64,000 nt of DNA. It comes from a bacterium. GTDB taxonomy: Bacteria > Patescibacteriota > Minisyncoccia > Moranbacterales > UBA2206. The DNA is taken from NCBI GenBank assembly GCA_021785125.1, contig JAJYGF010000015.1, forward strand, positions 17,482 through 81,481, in the 5' to 3' direction. Within the stretch, counting starts at the first letter, position 1. The number at the start of each line of letters is the position of its first letter. The notes below the pieces were generated by a model. That model was given only the letters and a program-made list of their open reading frames with translations. It searched no databases and had not been told where the DNA came from. Below are positions 1 to 8,844 of the stretch, one piece after another. The position numbers and the translations under genes were made by a program.

Positions 1-800
1 ATCCGCTGAATCGCGCCGGTCGCATCTTTTTCAATGATCATGGCTGTGATTTCCTGTGAAAATTTCCGATCAGTCGTGCCTAAGATCTCCTCGACTTCTT
101 TTTTGGTGATATTCTTGTCTTCCAAGGTGATGACCTGTCCCAAAAGGCTTTCGGCATCGCGCATGCCGCCTTCAGCCGCTATGGCGATCATTTCCAAAGA
201 ATCGCTGTCAATCTTTATTTTCTCTGCTTTGGCTATGAGGGATAATTTTGCAACGATGTTTTCGATCGGCAGGCGAGTAAAATCAAATCGTTGACAGCGG
301 GATAGGATGGTGTCCGGCACTTTGTGGATCTCGGTTGTCGCCAGGATGAAGACGACATGAGTCGGCGGCTCTTCCAGAGTTTTCAGGAGCGCGTTGAAAG
401 CGCCGGTCGAAAGCATGTGCACTTCATCGATGATATAGACTTTGTATTTAAGACTGGTCGGCGGCAGAGCGACGGTTTCGCGAAGTTCGCGCATGTTATC
501 CACGCCGGTATTGGAAGCGGCGTCGATCTCGATGATGTCCAGCGATCTGTTTTCATTGATCAATCGGCAATTTTCGCATTTTTCACAAGTGACAGCGCTT
601 TTCAGATGCGCACAGTTGATGGTTTTGGCAAAGATGCGAGCAATGGATGTCTTGCCGGTTCCGCGCGGGCCGGTGAAGAGATAGGCTTGTCCGACGCGGC
701 CGTTTTTGACGGCATTGGAAAGAGTCTGGACGATGTGCTTCTGTCCGATGATTTCCGAGAAGTTTTTGGGTCTGTATTTTCGATAAAGCGTATTAGACAT
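1..800 (-). CDS. dnaX: DNA polymerase III subunit gamma/tau, N-terminal clamp-loader ATPase part (gene continues beyond window start)
   Basis: rc translation from ATG (rc of 798-800) reads MSNTLYRKYRPKNFSEIIGQKHIVQTLSNAVKNGRVGQAYLFTGPRGTGKTS...; Walker A GPRGTGKTS, DEVHML Walker B, Cys cluster; ORF runs off 5' edge of window. Confidence 0.9.
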   Translation of the reverse strand, partial: MSNTLYRKYRPKNFSEIIGQKHIVQTLSNAVKNGRVGQAYLFTGPRGTGKTSIARIFAKTINCAHLKSAVTCEKCENCRLINENRSLDIIEIDAASNTGVDNMRELRETVALPPTSLKYKVYIIDEVHMLSTGAFNALLKTLEEPPTHVVFILATTEIHKVPDTILSRCQRFDFTRLPIENIVAKLSLIAKAEKIKIDSDSLEMIAIAAEGGMRDAESLLGQVITLEDKNITKKEVEEILGTTDRKFSQEITAMIIEKDATGAIQR

Positions 801-921
801 TTTGTTTGTAATTAACCGAATCACTACATGGGGTACTAGTTGTAAGTCATTATTGCTATTTTATCACTTTCGGGTCAAAATTAAAACTTCCCAAAAAGGA
901 AGTTTTCTGTCCTATTAAAGC

Positions 922-1566
922 TTATTTCTTGAAAACTATGAATTTGTAGCCGATAAAATTCCAAACTAATGCAAGCAAGGTTCCCAGGGCGACGCCGACG
1001 TTGGCCCAGCGGGCCGGCGTGAAGACGGATGGATGAGTTACATAAGCCACAATGACGTAAGAGACCAGCTCAAGCACGCCCAGTCCGATAAGGGTGACGG
1101 CAAAAAATTGCAGGAAATTTCCGGTCGCCTTATCATTTGATCCGGATGAAAACGTCCAGTATTTGTTCCAAAAATAACTAGCAGTATTTGCAGCTAAAAA
1201 AGCGATGCCATTGAACAATATGAACATCGGTCCGGTGAAGATCTGAGTGATTGCCATCAGTAAGTTTACGACGCCCCAATTCAAAAAGGTATTGAAGGCT
1301 CCGACGGCAGCAAACTTAGCTATTTGAAAAATTACAGATATTTTTTTTCCGATCTGGGCCGCTATCCAAATGGCGATGTTTGCAAATATCAAAAAACACA
1401 ATATATAGAGCAGTATGTTTGAGATGTCGATCCTGATAAACGGAAGGTTTAGATTTTTAAGTATAGGTATTGAGAATATGACAAAACAGATACCGATAAA
1501 AGATACTGCCAAAATATCCTTTCTCGTCAAAAGGATGTCCTGTTTGAGAACGGTTTCGTTTTTCAT
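922..1566 (-). CDS. GtrA-family polysaccharide synthesis membrane protein
   Basis: 214 aa, 4 TM helices, FAAVGAFNTFLNWGVVNLL-type GtrA motif; bidirectional hairpin terminator downstream at ~878-905. Confidence 0.6.
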   Translation of the reverse strand: MKNETVLKQDILLTRKDILAVSFIGICFVIFSIPILKNLNLPFIRIDISNILLYILCFLIFANIAIWIAAQIGKKISVIFQIAKFAAVGAFNTFLNWGVVNLLMAITQIFTGPMFILFNGIAFLAANTASYFWNKYWTFSSGSNDKATGNFLQFFAVTLIGLGVLELVSYVIVAYVTHPSVFTPARWANVGVALGTLLALVWNFIGYKFIVFKK

Positions 1567-1572
1567 ACTGGT

Positions 1573-2313
1573 TTATTCAGTCAATGGTTTAGCAAGTTCG
1601 CGTCGGAGCTCTTCCAAGTCCGGAGCCCATTCGTCGATTATGGAAAGATCGGGCCTGCTTTCTTCTTTTTTCTCCGGTTCTTCTTTGGTCTGGTTGTCGC
1701 TCTCATCGTGATTTTGGCCGGTGATGATGTCATCAATGTCATGTTTTGGCTTCATGGCGGAGAAACTTCTCATGGCGCTGCCTTTCTGGATGACGTTTTC
1801 GATGGAGGCCCAATCGGAATCGATGTCGCGCGCGGTGACTAAGGTGACCTCGTCTCCCGGCTCGACTTTGAAATAGGTGACCGAAGCCAGGAGTACGCGG
1901 TAGGGTTTGCCTTCGGCGATCAAGAAATAATTTCCATCCGCGTCCTGATTGACCACGCCGATCATTCTTTTTCTCTCGACCGGTCCGATCTGCTTGTATA
2001 TGAAAGATCCCTCCGTTGTTATTGTCAGCTTCAGCATGTCTCCTTCGACCAGTTTCGATTTGGAGGCATAATTGGCCGGAACCGGATATTGCTTTCCGTC
2101 CGTTCCGATCATGAGCTGTCCGTCGAAAGTCCCTTCGATCACGCGCCCGTCGCCGTCGCTTTCCATTTTTTTCTTGCGGCCGACTTTTTTCTTGCCTTCC
2201 AGTTGGAGCAGCATGGCCTTGGCCGCTTGCAGGCTCTTTTCGGAGTTGTATATCATTTCGCGCAAAGCCTGGATCTTTTCCGCGTTATTGTCGTTTTGAT
2301 CTTTTTCTTCCAT
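1573..2313 (-). CDS. hypothetical protein with two ~40-aa internal repeats (start taken at internal Met; longer ORF to 2547 overlaps SOD gene)
   Basis: ORF track 1573..2547; N-terminal 78 codons overlap the convergent SOD gene, so start moved to MEEKDQ at 2313. Confidence 0.45.
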   Translation of the reverse strand: MEEKDQNDNNAEKIQALREMIYNSEKSLQAAKAMLLQLEGKKKVGRKKKMESDGDGRVIEGTFDGQLMIGTDGKQYPVPANYASKSKLVEGDMLKLTITTEGSFIYKQIGPVERKRMIGVVNQDADGNYFLIAEGKPYRVLLASVTYFKVEPGDEVTLVTARDIDSDWASIENVIQKGSAMRSFSAMKPKHDIDDIITGQNHDESDNQTKEEPEKKEESRPDLSIIDEWAPDLEELRRELAKPLTE

Positions 2314-2476
2314 TTTTATTTTAGATTGGTTTTTATTTTTCCCGATACATGCGTCACTGTAGAAATTATACAGGCTTATCGGCTTGTCTGCAAGACCGAC
2401 AGTGTGGATAATGCCGGTGCAATGTTTTTCGATTGCTGATGTATAATTAAAAAGGTAATTAATAAATTCCAAATAT

Positions 2477-3055
2477 ATGGCATATGCGAAAAAGGATTTT
2501 TCAAAATTGAAAGGGATGCCCGGTTTCAGCGAGAAAGCTTTGGACATCCATTTCGCTCTCTATGAGGGTTACGTGAATAATGTGAACAAAATCGGCGGAG
2601 AGGTCGGAAAGATGCATGCGGAGAAAAAGACCGATTCGCCGGAATTCGCCGAACTGCGTCGCAGATTCGGCTGGGAATTTTCCGGCATGCGTCTCCATGA
2701 GGTCTATTTCGACACCTTGGGCGGAGACGGAAAAGTCGATGAGGACGGAGAATTGTACAAATCGATCGTTGAAAATTACGGCAGTTTCGAGAATTGGAAA
2801 AAAGATTTTGTCGCAGTCGGAAAGATGCGCGGCATAGGTTGGGCGGCCTTGTATCAAGATACGGTTGACGGCGTTTTGATGAATTTCTGGATCGATGAAC
2901 ATGACACAGGACACTTGCCGGGCGGAAAGCTGATCTTGATCATGGACGTCTTCGAGCACGCTTTTTTTCCGGATTACGGTAAAGACAAAGCGGCATACGT
3001 CGATGCTTTTTTTGAGAATATCGATTGGCAGGCGGTCGAGAAAAGAATTAAATAG
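2477..3055 (+). CDS. Fe/Mn superoxide dismutase family protein
   Basis: 192 aa; metal ligands conserved (His in DIHFALYEGY, His in GMRLHEVYF, Asp/His in DVFEHAFF), GIGWAALY motif; second-shell HH replaced by LY. Confidence 0.65.
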   Translation: MAYAKKDFSKLKGMPGFSEKALDIHFALYEGYVNNVNKIGGEVGKMHAEKKTDSPEFAELRRRFGWEFSGMRLHEVYFDTLGGDGKVDEDGELYKSIVENYGSFENWKKDFVAVGKMRGIGWAALYQDTVDGVLMNFWIDEHDTGHLPGGKLILIMDVFEHAFFPDYGKDKAAYVDAFFENIDWQAVEKRIK

Positions 3056-3125
3056 ATCTAGGCTGAATGGAAATTCGGGCGCCGCGAGATTGCGGCGCCT
3101 TTGCTTTTTTATGTATAATGGGATC

Positions 3126-3791
3126 ATGCGAAACAAATTACTGCTATTGTTAATATTTTCCGGAATTTTTCTTTTTACCGGACATTCTTCCGCCCATCAG
3201 CCGGAAATCATATTGGGTCAGACAAAAATCGAAGTGGCGAATCCGGAAATTTCCAAGGCGTACTACGGAGAGCTTGTCGGCCGGCCTGACTATTTTGAAA
3301 TTCAAAGTTCCGCGCCACTCGATTTGTATGTGAATATTTTGGTGCCGGCCGTAACAGGCTCCGCCAAAGATTTTAGTGTCGAGATAGACAAGGACGGACG
3401 AACCGTCGCGAACTTGGATGGCAGCAAGTCCGCTTGGAATTGGTACTACGAGCCGTTCGGCGGAGACAACTACTGGAAGGGTCCGGAATATGACGCGCAA
3501 GTCGGAGCGGGGAATTATGAAATCAAAGTTTCCAATCCGACCGAAACGGGGAAATATGTTTTGGCAATCGGAAAAAAAGAATCTTTCACATTTGGAGAAG
3601 CTGTCAATGCTTTTGTCGCTCTGCCCAAGATTAAAAAAGATTTTTTCGGCGAATCAACTCTGGCGGCTCTGCTCAATCAGGATACCTTGCTTCTGATCCT
3701 GGCATTGGCAAGTTTGGTTATAATAATATTTCTTCTTTATTGGGCGTACCGCAGAACCAAAGTACATGGAACTGGAACTCGCAAAAAATAA
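3126..3791 (+). CDS. secreted hypothetical protein with signal peptide and C-terminal TM anchor
   Basis: MRNKLLLLLIFSGIFLFTGHSSA signal peptide; C-terminal LLLILALASLVIIIFLLYW hydrophobic anchor + RRTK. Confidence 0.5.
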   Translation: MRNKLLLLLIFSGIFLFTGHSSAHQPEIILGQTKIEVANPEISKAYYGELVGRPDYFEIQSSAPLDLYVNILVPAVTGSAKDFSVEIDKDGRTVANLDGSKSAWNWYYEPFGGDNYWKGPEYDAQVGAGNYEIKVSNPTETGKYVLAIGKKESFTFGEAVNAFVALPKIKKDFFGESTLAALLNQDTLLLILALASLVIIIFLLYWAYRRTKVHGTGTRKK

Positions 3792-4641
3792 GGAACTGCA
3801 TAGTCTTAGGCTGGTGGTCATATCCTATCTGGTGGTTTTTGTCCTGAAGATTTCCGCATATTTCGCGACGGGCGTGATGGTCATCCTGGCGGAATCATTG
3901 CACACCTTGAGCGATATTTTCATTTCCGCCTTTCTTCTGATCGCACTGATCTGGTCCAGGCGAAAGGCGGATGAGAATTATATGTTCGGCTATGGCCGTG
4001 CTCAAAATATCGCAGCCTTGGTGGCGGCGATCCTATTCATCTCCTTTACCGGATTTGAATTATATAGAGAAGCCATTTCGCATCTATTTAATCCGAGCGT
4101 GGCTAATAGTTACCAAAATCTGAGTTGGGCAATCCTGATCATTCTGATTTCTATGATTATTTCGGCCGTGCCGATGCTATCACTCATCAGGCACGGGCGG
4201 AAAGGTGCGGCCGCCAAGGCTCAACTTTCCGAACTTTTCAATGATCAGCTCGGACTTATCGCGGCTTTGGCCGGCACGGTTTTCATCGCGATGGGCAAAC
4301 CGATCGCGGATTCGATCGCGACCATGATTGTGGCGACTATGATCGTTGTGAACGGCATAAGGTTGTTCATCGAAAATTCGCGGTTACTTTTGGGAAAATC
4401 ACCGGGTAACAAATTTGCCAGGCACTTGGAAGAGCTGGCATTGTCGGTGCGGGGAGTTGTCGGTTTTCATGATTTGAAAGCGGAATACATCGGACCGGAT
4501 GCGATCCATGCCGGCTTCCATATCGAAGTAGAAAAAAATCTTTCCGTCCAAGACGCGCACACGATTTGCAAAAAAGTTGAAGAAAAGGTTTATGAATGCA
4601 CGCTTTGCAAATCTTGCACGATCCACGTGGATCCTAAATAA
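3766..4641 (+). CDS. cation diffusion facilitator (CDF) family metal efflux transporter
   Basis: 291 aa; LAESLHTLSD, 6 TM, cytoplasmic C-terminal domain typical of CzcD/FieF family. Confidence 0.8.
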   Translation: MELELAKNKELHSLRLVVISYLVVFVLKISAYFATGVMVILAESLHTLSDIFISAFLLIALIWSRRKADENYMFGYGRAQNIAALVAAILFISFTGFELYREAISHLFNPSVANSYQNLSWAILIILISMIISAVPMLSLIRHGRKGAAAKAQLSELFNDQLGLIAALAGTVFIAMGKPIADSIATMIVATMIVVNGIRLFIENSRLLLGKSPGNKFARHLEELALSVRGVVGFHDLKAEYIGPDAIHAGFHIEVEKNLSVQDAHTICKKVEEKVYECTLCKSCTIHVDPK

Positions 4642-4670
4642 TTTATTTTTATTTACCCAAGGGTCTGATA

Positions 4671-4717
4671 GTTAACAATTGTTAACTATTGACAGTTTGG
4701 TTAACATGTGTTAACCT
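4671..4717 (+). promoter_or_regulatory. promoter (TTGACA 4689-4694, -10 TAACCT ~4712-4717) overlapped by four GTTAAC half-sites (4671-76, 4681-86, 4700-05, 4710-15) forming two 16-bp palindromes; putative autoregulatory operator
   Basis: GTTAACAATTGTTAAC perfect palindrome and GTTAACATGTGTTAAC directly upstream of HTH gene ATG at 4718. Confidence 0.55.
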
Positions 4718-4981
4718 ATGGATATGGAAGAAAAAAGATTTTTATCAACTGCCGAACTGGCTGAAATTCTAGGAATCAGCCGGATTGCGATATTCAAAAA
4801 GATAAAAGAAGGGAAAATAAAGGCCATCAAAATCGGTCGTAATTTTGCTATTGATAGAAATGATCTTGAAGAAATACTTGGCAGTGTCTTAAAAAATTCT
4901 GATAAGCGAGAAATTGATGATGCTGTCAAAAAGACAGTAAGGGAATATGGTGAAACACTAAAGAAGCTTGGCAAAGAATAA
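4718..4981 (+). CDS. excisionase/MerR-type helix-turn-helix DNA-binding protein; putative antitoxin
   Basis: 87 aa, LSTAELAEILGISRIAIFKKIKEGKIKAIKIGRNFAI = HTH_17/excisionase-family motif; immediately upstream of Doc toxin. Confidence 0.7.
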   Translation: MDMEEKRFLSTAELAEILGISRIAIFKKIKEGKIKAIKIGRNFAIDRNDLEEILGSVLKNSDKREIDDAVKKTVREYGETLKKLGKE

Positions 4982-4985
4982 TTTT

Positions 4986-5408
4986 ATGCGATTAAAGAAA
5001 ATCACGATCGCTGAAGTTGAATATCTCGCCCATAGGCTGGCAAACGAAATAATGGCGTGGGATGAACCCATTCCTGATTTTGGCACTCGCTTTCCAAACG
5101 TATTGGAAAGTTGTTTGGCAACGCCGTTCCAATCTTTTTCCAGGAGAGCATTATACAGAGGTCTGATCGGTAAGTCAGCCATACTTTTTTATTTGATGGT
5201 TAAGAATCATCCGTTTGAAAACGGAAACAAAAGGATTGCGGTAACCACGTTATTCGTGTTTTTGTATAAGAACGGCAAATGGTTGAGGGTTGATGATCAG
5301 GAGTTATATAATTTTGCCGTCTGGGTCGCGCAAAGCAATCCGAAGCTGAAAGATGAAACTGTTTTAGCGATTGAAAAATTTATAAAAACTTATATTGCGG
5401 ATTTATAA
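4986..5408 (+). CDS. Fic/Doc family death-on-curing-like toxin
   Basis: HPFENGNKRIAVT matches Doc motif HxFx(D/N)xNKR; 141 aa; alternative TTG start at 4968 overlaps antitoxin stop. Confidence 0.75.
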   Translation: MRLKKITIAEVEYLAHRLANEIMAWDEPIPDFGTRFPNVLESCLATPFQSFSRRALYRGLIGKSAILFYLMVKNHPFENGNKRIAVTTLFVFLYKNGKWLRVDDQELYNFAVWVAQSNPKLKDETVLAIEKFIKTYIADL

Positions 5409-5422
5409 GTTAAAATAAAGAA

Positions 5423-6267
5423 ATGAAAAACAATCTTAACGAATTCATCTTCGCCACATTTCAAGAAGCTTTTGAATTTATGCGGCCGTATCTTTCCAAC
5501 TACGAAGAATTTTCCAAGGCGCTGGCCAAAGAGACGCAGGTCAAAGAAGGCGCAACATCCAATACAATTTTGATGTGGAATTGGATAAGATCTTCAAAAA
5601 GAAAATCGCAGGATTCAAAATTGACGGAAAAATATTTTCCGAAGAAAGCGGCTGGGTTGAAATGGGCGAGAAAAAATATCGCGTCGTTTATGATCCGTTC
5701 TGCAACAGCTCGCTGGCTTCCAGAACATTCCTGGATGCGGCGGTCGGAATTTCCATCTTTGATTATAATTACAAATTCATCACTTCCGCGATCATGGATT
5801 ATCAGTTGGGAATCGTGGGCATAGTTGAAGACGGCGTGACAAATTTCTATCAGATCCAAACAAGAAATAGGTTGGAGTTTGAAAGGGATGTAGTTGAAAA
5901 GATCGAGAACGCGACGGTGATCATAACTTTGGAAACCAGAGAGGAAAGAAAAGGTCTGGATAAGGCTAGACATATTTTGGACAATGCCAAAAGAATAATC
6001 ATCAGCAGCGGACATATCTATTGGTTGCGCTTGGCAACCGGAAAGATTGAAGCGTATCTTGATCCGTTCGGGGGAGAGAAACTTTATGAGATGTTTGCTT
6101 GCACCGTGGCGCAAAACGCAGGTTGCGTGGTTACGGATCTCTCCGGCGAAAAATTTGATCCATCGAAGTTCCTCAAAACTTTTGAAGAAAACAAAGACTT
6201 CATATATTATCCGGTGGCAGCAGCGAATGAAAGGCTGCATCAAGAAGTTCTCTCCAGATTGGGATAA
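5423..6267 (+). CDS. inositol monophosphatase family protein, apparent frameshift near 5568-5575 (N-terminus 5423.. in frame A, remainder in frame of GTG 5575)
   Basis: frame A gives IMPase-like N-terminus ending ...KEGATSNT; other frame continues DVELDKIFKKKI...VYDPFCNSSLASR (DPIDGT-like)...; T4 run at 5568-5571. Confidence 0.6.
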
Positions 6268-6318
6268 GTCTGTGGATATAGTGTGTATATATCACCAAAA
6301 AACAACAATAATATCCCC

Positions 6319-6347
6319 TTGACGAATTTTGATTATTCAATTATTAT
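6319..6347 (+). promoter_or_regulatory. sigma70-like promoter TTGACG-17-TATTAT
   Basis: TTGACG 6319-6324, 17-nt spacer, TATTAT 6342-6347; ~290-nt leader to DUF3892 ATG. Confidence 0.4.
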
Positions 6348-6637
6348 AAATATAAGCTAAAGCGAAATTTAAGGCTGAAAGGAAAATCAGGAACCTCGGG
6401 CAAGTCCGACATCCTTTGATATCCTTATTCCCAAAACAAATAAGATAATTTTGAAAAAGAAAATCTAGTTTATTTTGAGAAGGAAATCAAATGTATGTAG
6501 CCTGATTTGGCAGTATTCATCTGGTTTCCTTTTTATTTTGGCAAAACTATGGAAAAAATCAGTGATGATTTGTTCCTAAGGTTTAAATATAATAATTTAA
6601 TTCCAGTTTCGAAAGGAGCTGGCTAGAAAGAAAAAAT

Positions 6638-6922
6638 ATGTCAGTAAGAATTACTTGTATTAACAAGGATAATGGGGATCATTATGACCAGCATCTGGCA
6701 ATAACTCATTTTGGATGGGTTGCTGATAATGGAAATAGTGGTAAGGCGAGTCTCGCCGAAATGATTGATTTCCTTGAAAAAGGAAACACGGCTTATGTAA
6801 AAGATAGCAGCGGGAAAGTTGCGGTTTTGGTTGTGCGAATTTCTGTTTATGGAAATAAATACGTCAAAACTGTTTCTGATGGAAGGGAGACTGATAATCT
6901 TCTAAATCTTTCAGAATGTTAA
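6638..6922 (+). CDS. DUF3892-family small protein
   Basis: 94 aa; ITCINKD...HxxITHFGW...GKVAVLVV...GNKYVKTVSDG...LLNLSEC pattern recalled for DUF3892. Confidence 0.55.
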   Translation: MSVRITCINKDNGDHYDQHLAITHFGWVADNGNSGKASLAEMIDFLEKGNTAYVKDSSGKVAVLVVRISVYGNKYVKTVSDGRETDNLLNLSEC

Positions 6923-6937
6923 TAAAGAGGCGAAAGT

Positions 6938-6972
6938 ATCTAAAAAATACTTTCGCCCTCTTCCCAAAAAAA
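6938..6972 (+). terminator. hairpin (AGAGGCGAAAGTA / TACTTTCGCCCTCT) after DUF3892 gene
   Basis: 13-bp inverted repeat with one bulge; no U-tract. Confidence 0.45.
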
Positions 6973-7013
6973 TTATATCACAGAATAATTAATAAAAAAA
7001 TAATTAAAACAAT

Positions 7014-7148
7014 ATGGGAAACTTTAATCCATACGATCAAGAAAATACAAACCGACAAATAATTGAGGCTCTAGAAAATATTGCTAAACAACTCCAGCAG
7101 TTAAATCATGAAATACGAAATATAAATCAAAGTATAAGAAGTAAATAA
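7014..7148 (+). CDS. 44-aa coiled-coil micro-protein (not in ORF track, below length cutoff)
   Basis: ATG 7014, MGNFNPYDQENTNRQIIEALENIAKQLQQLNHEIRNINQSIRSK*, followed by intrinsic terminator. Confidence 0.35.
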   Translation: MGNFNPYDQENTNRQIIEALENIAKQLQQLNHEIRNINQSIRSK

Positions 7149-7170
7149 TTTTAAGAATTCTAATGAAAAA

Positions 7171-7193
7171 CAGCTCTTAAGGGCTGTTTTTTT
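7171..7193 (+). terminator. intrinsic terminator CAGCTC-TTAA-GGGCTG + T7
   Basis: hairpin followed by TTTTTTT 7187-7193. Confidence 0.6.
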
Positions 7194-7265
7194 GTTTGCT
7201 CTCCTGTGGATAACTTAGCTTTGACAATGGCTGCTGGTGGAGTAAAATAGGGATAAGGTAATAAA

Positions 7266-7284
7266 AAGTGGGGGGAAGTGGTAA
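7266..7284 (+). promoter_or_regulatory. candidate MraZ box (GTGGG / GTGGT direct repeats 10 bp apart)
   Basis: AGTGGGGGGAAGTGGTA ~35 nt upstream of mraZ ATG. Confidence 0.3.
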
Positions 7285-7318
7285 ATTTAAAGCTTAATAT
7301 CCTCGCGCTTTTTCTTCT

Positions 7319-7753
7319 ATGTTTATCGGCGAATACTCACATTCCGTAGATGAGAAAAAAAGATTGGCCGTGCCAAGCAAATTTCGCGCTGAACTCAAGA
7401 ATAAAGTTGTGGTAACTCGCGGCTTGGATAAATGTTTGTTCATCTATCCAATGAAAGTTTGGGAAGAACTGGCGAACAAATTGGGAACGTTGCCGGTCGG
7501 AGAATCCGGCACACGAAGTTTCATTCGTCTGATGTTGGCCGGAGCGGTGGATGTGGATGTGGACAAGCAGGGAAGAATTTTGATTCCGGATTATTTGAAA
7601 GAATATGCAGGTCTTGCGAAAAATGTTGTGATCGCGGGCCTCTATAATCGCTTGGAAATCTGGGATGAAAAGAAGTGGGAGGAATATAAGAAAGGCGCTG
7701 AAAAAAATTCTGATGAAATCGCAGAACAGCTTGGAAAAATCGGAGTCTATTAA
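7319..7753 (+). CDS. mraZ: transcriptional regulator MraZ
   Basis: MFIGEYSHSVDEKKRLAVPSKFR... two SpoVT/AbrB-like halves, 144 aa. Confidence 0.9.
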   Translation: MFIGEYSHSVDEKKRLAVPSKFRAELKNKVVVTRGLDKCLFIYPMKVWEELANKLGTLPVGESGTRSFIRLMLAGAVDVDVDKQGRILIPDYLKEYAGLAKNVVIAGLYNRLEIWDEKKWEEYKKGAEKNSDEIAEQLGKIGVY

Positions 7754-7868
7754 AATTTTTAATTTTGTAATTTTTAATTTTTAAATAAATCTTAATTTTT
7801 AATGTTTAAAATTGGCATTAGAAATTATTTATAAAATTGAAAAATTAAGAATTAAAAATTGATCTGCT

Positions 7869-8801
7869 ATGACTATCCATAAACCTGTTCTACTGCATGA
7901 ATCTATTGAAGGATTAAAACTTAAAAAGGGAGATACTGTTGTGGACGCCACCTTGGGGGGAGGCGGACACTCGAGCGAGATTTTTAAGATAATCGGCAAG
8001 AGCGGCAAGCTCATCGCCATAGATCAAGATTCTGCGGCAATTGAAAATTTCAAAAAACAATTGTCGTCAGAAGTTGATAATGTATTTCTGGTCAAAGATA
8101 ATTTCGCAAATCTGCAAAACATTCTGGGGGGAGTGCGGATTTTGGCTGTTGATGCGATTCTGGCGGATCTGGGATATTCATCCATCCAGCTTGAGGATGA
8201 GGCGCGCGGGATGAGTTTCTTGCAAAATAGCATCCTTGATATGCGGCTGGACCGCGAACAGGAACTGACTGCCGGAAAAATTGTGAACGAATATGGAGTT
8301 GCGGAGTTGGAGAGGATATTCAAGGATTACGGCGAAGAAAGATTTGCGCGTGCGATTGCCAGAAAAATTTATCAACAGAGAAGCCTGAAGCCGATCGAGA
8401 CGACGAAAGAACTGGCCGAAATTATAAACGCATCCGTGCCTGAGAGATATAAACATGGAAGAATAAATCCGGCGACCAGGACTTTCCAGGCGCTCCGGAT
8501 CGAGACGAACAGGGAGCTGGAAGTTTTGGAAAAATTCATACCGCAAGCGATAGAAGCGCTGAAACCGGGAGGGAGATTGGCCATCATATCGTTCCATTCG
8601 CTGGAAGATCGGATAGTTAAAGATATATTTCGGGAGAATGCCAGGGGATGCATTTGCCCGCCGGACTTTCCAAAATGCGTTTGTGACCGGAAAGAAAAAA
8701 TCAGAATCATCACGCAGAAGCCGATTGTGCCGAATGCGCTTGAGATTCGAGAAAATCCGAGGTCGCGAAGCGCGAAATTGAGAATTGCGGAGAAAATTTA
8801 A
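7869..8801 (+). CDS. rsmH: 16S rRNA (cytosine1402-N4)-methyltransferase RsmH (MraW)
   Basis: HKPVLLHESIEGL, DATLGGGGHS SAM motif, 310 aa. Confidence 0.9.
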   Translation: MTIHKPVLLHESIEGLKLKKGDTVVDATLGGGGHSSEIFKIIGKSGKLIAIDQDSAAIENFKKQLSSEVDNVFLVKDNFANLQNILGGVRILAVDAILADLGYSSIQLEDEARGMSFLQNSILDMRLDREQELTAGKIVNEYGVAELERIFKDYGEERFARAIARKIYQQRSLKPIETTKELAEIINASVPERYKHGRINPATRTFQALRIETNRELEVLEKFIPQAIEALKPGGRLAIISFHSLEDRIVKDIFRENARGCICPPDFPKCVCDRKEKIRIITQKPIVPNALEIRENPRSRSAKLRIAEKI

Positions 8802-8844
8802 ACAAAAATAAACAAACAATTCATTTTTCAGGGGGCTGAAATAA

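Noticed and set aside
5500-6243. 247-aa minus-strand ORF opposite the IMPase gene
   Set aside because: The plus strand carries IMPase family motifs, so the minus ORF is a shadow.
6360-6420. RNase P RNA P4-like GCAAGUCCG in the DUF3892 leader
   Set aside because: It is only a 9-nt resemblance to GAAAGUCCGG, and no other RNase P conserved regions are nearby.
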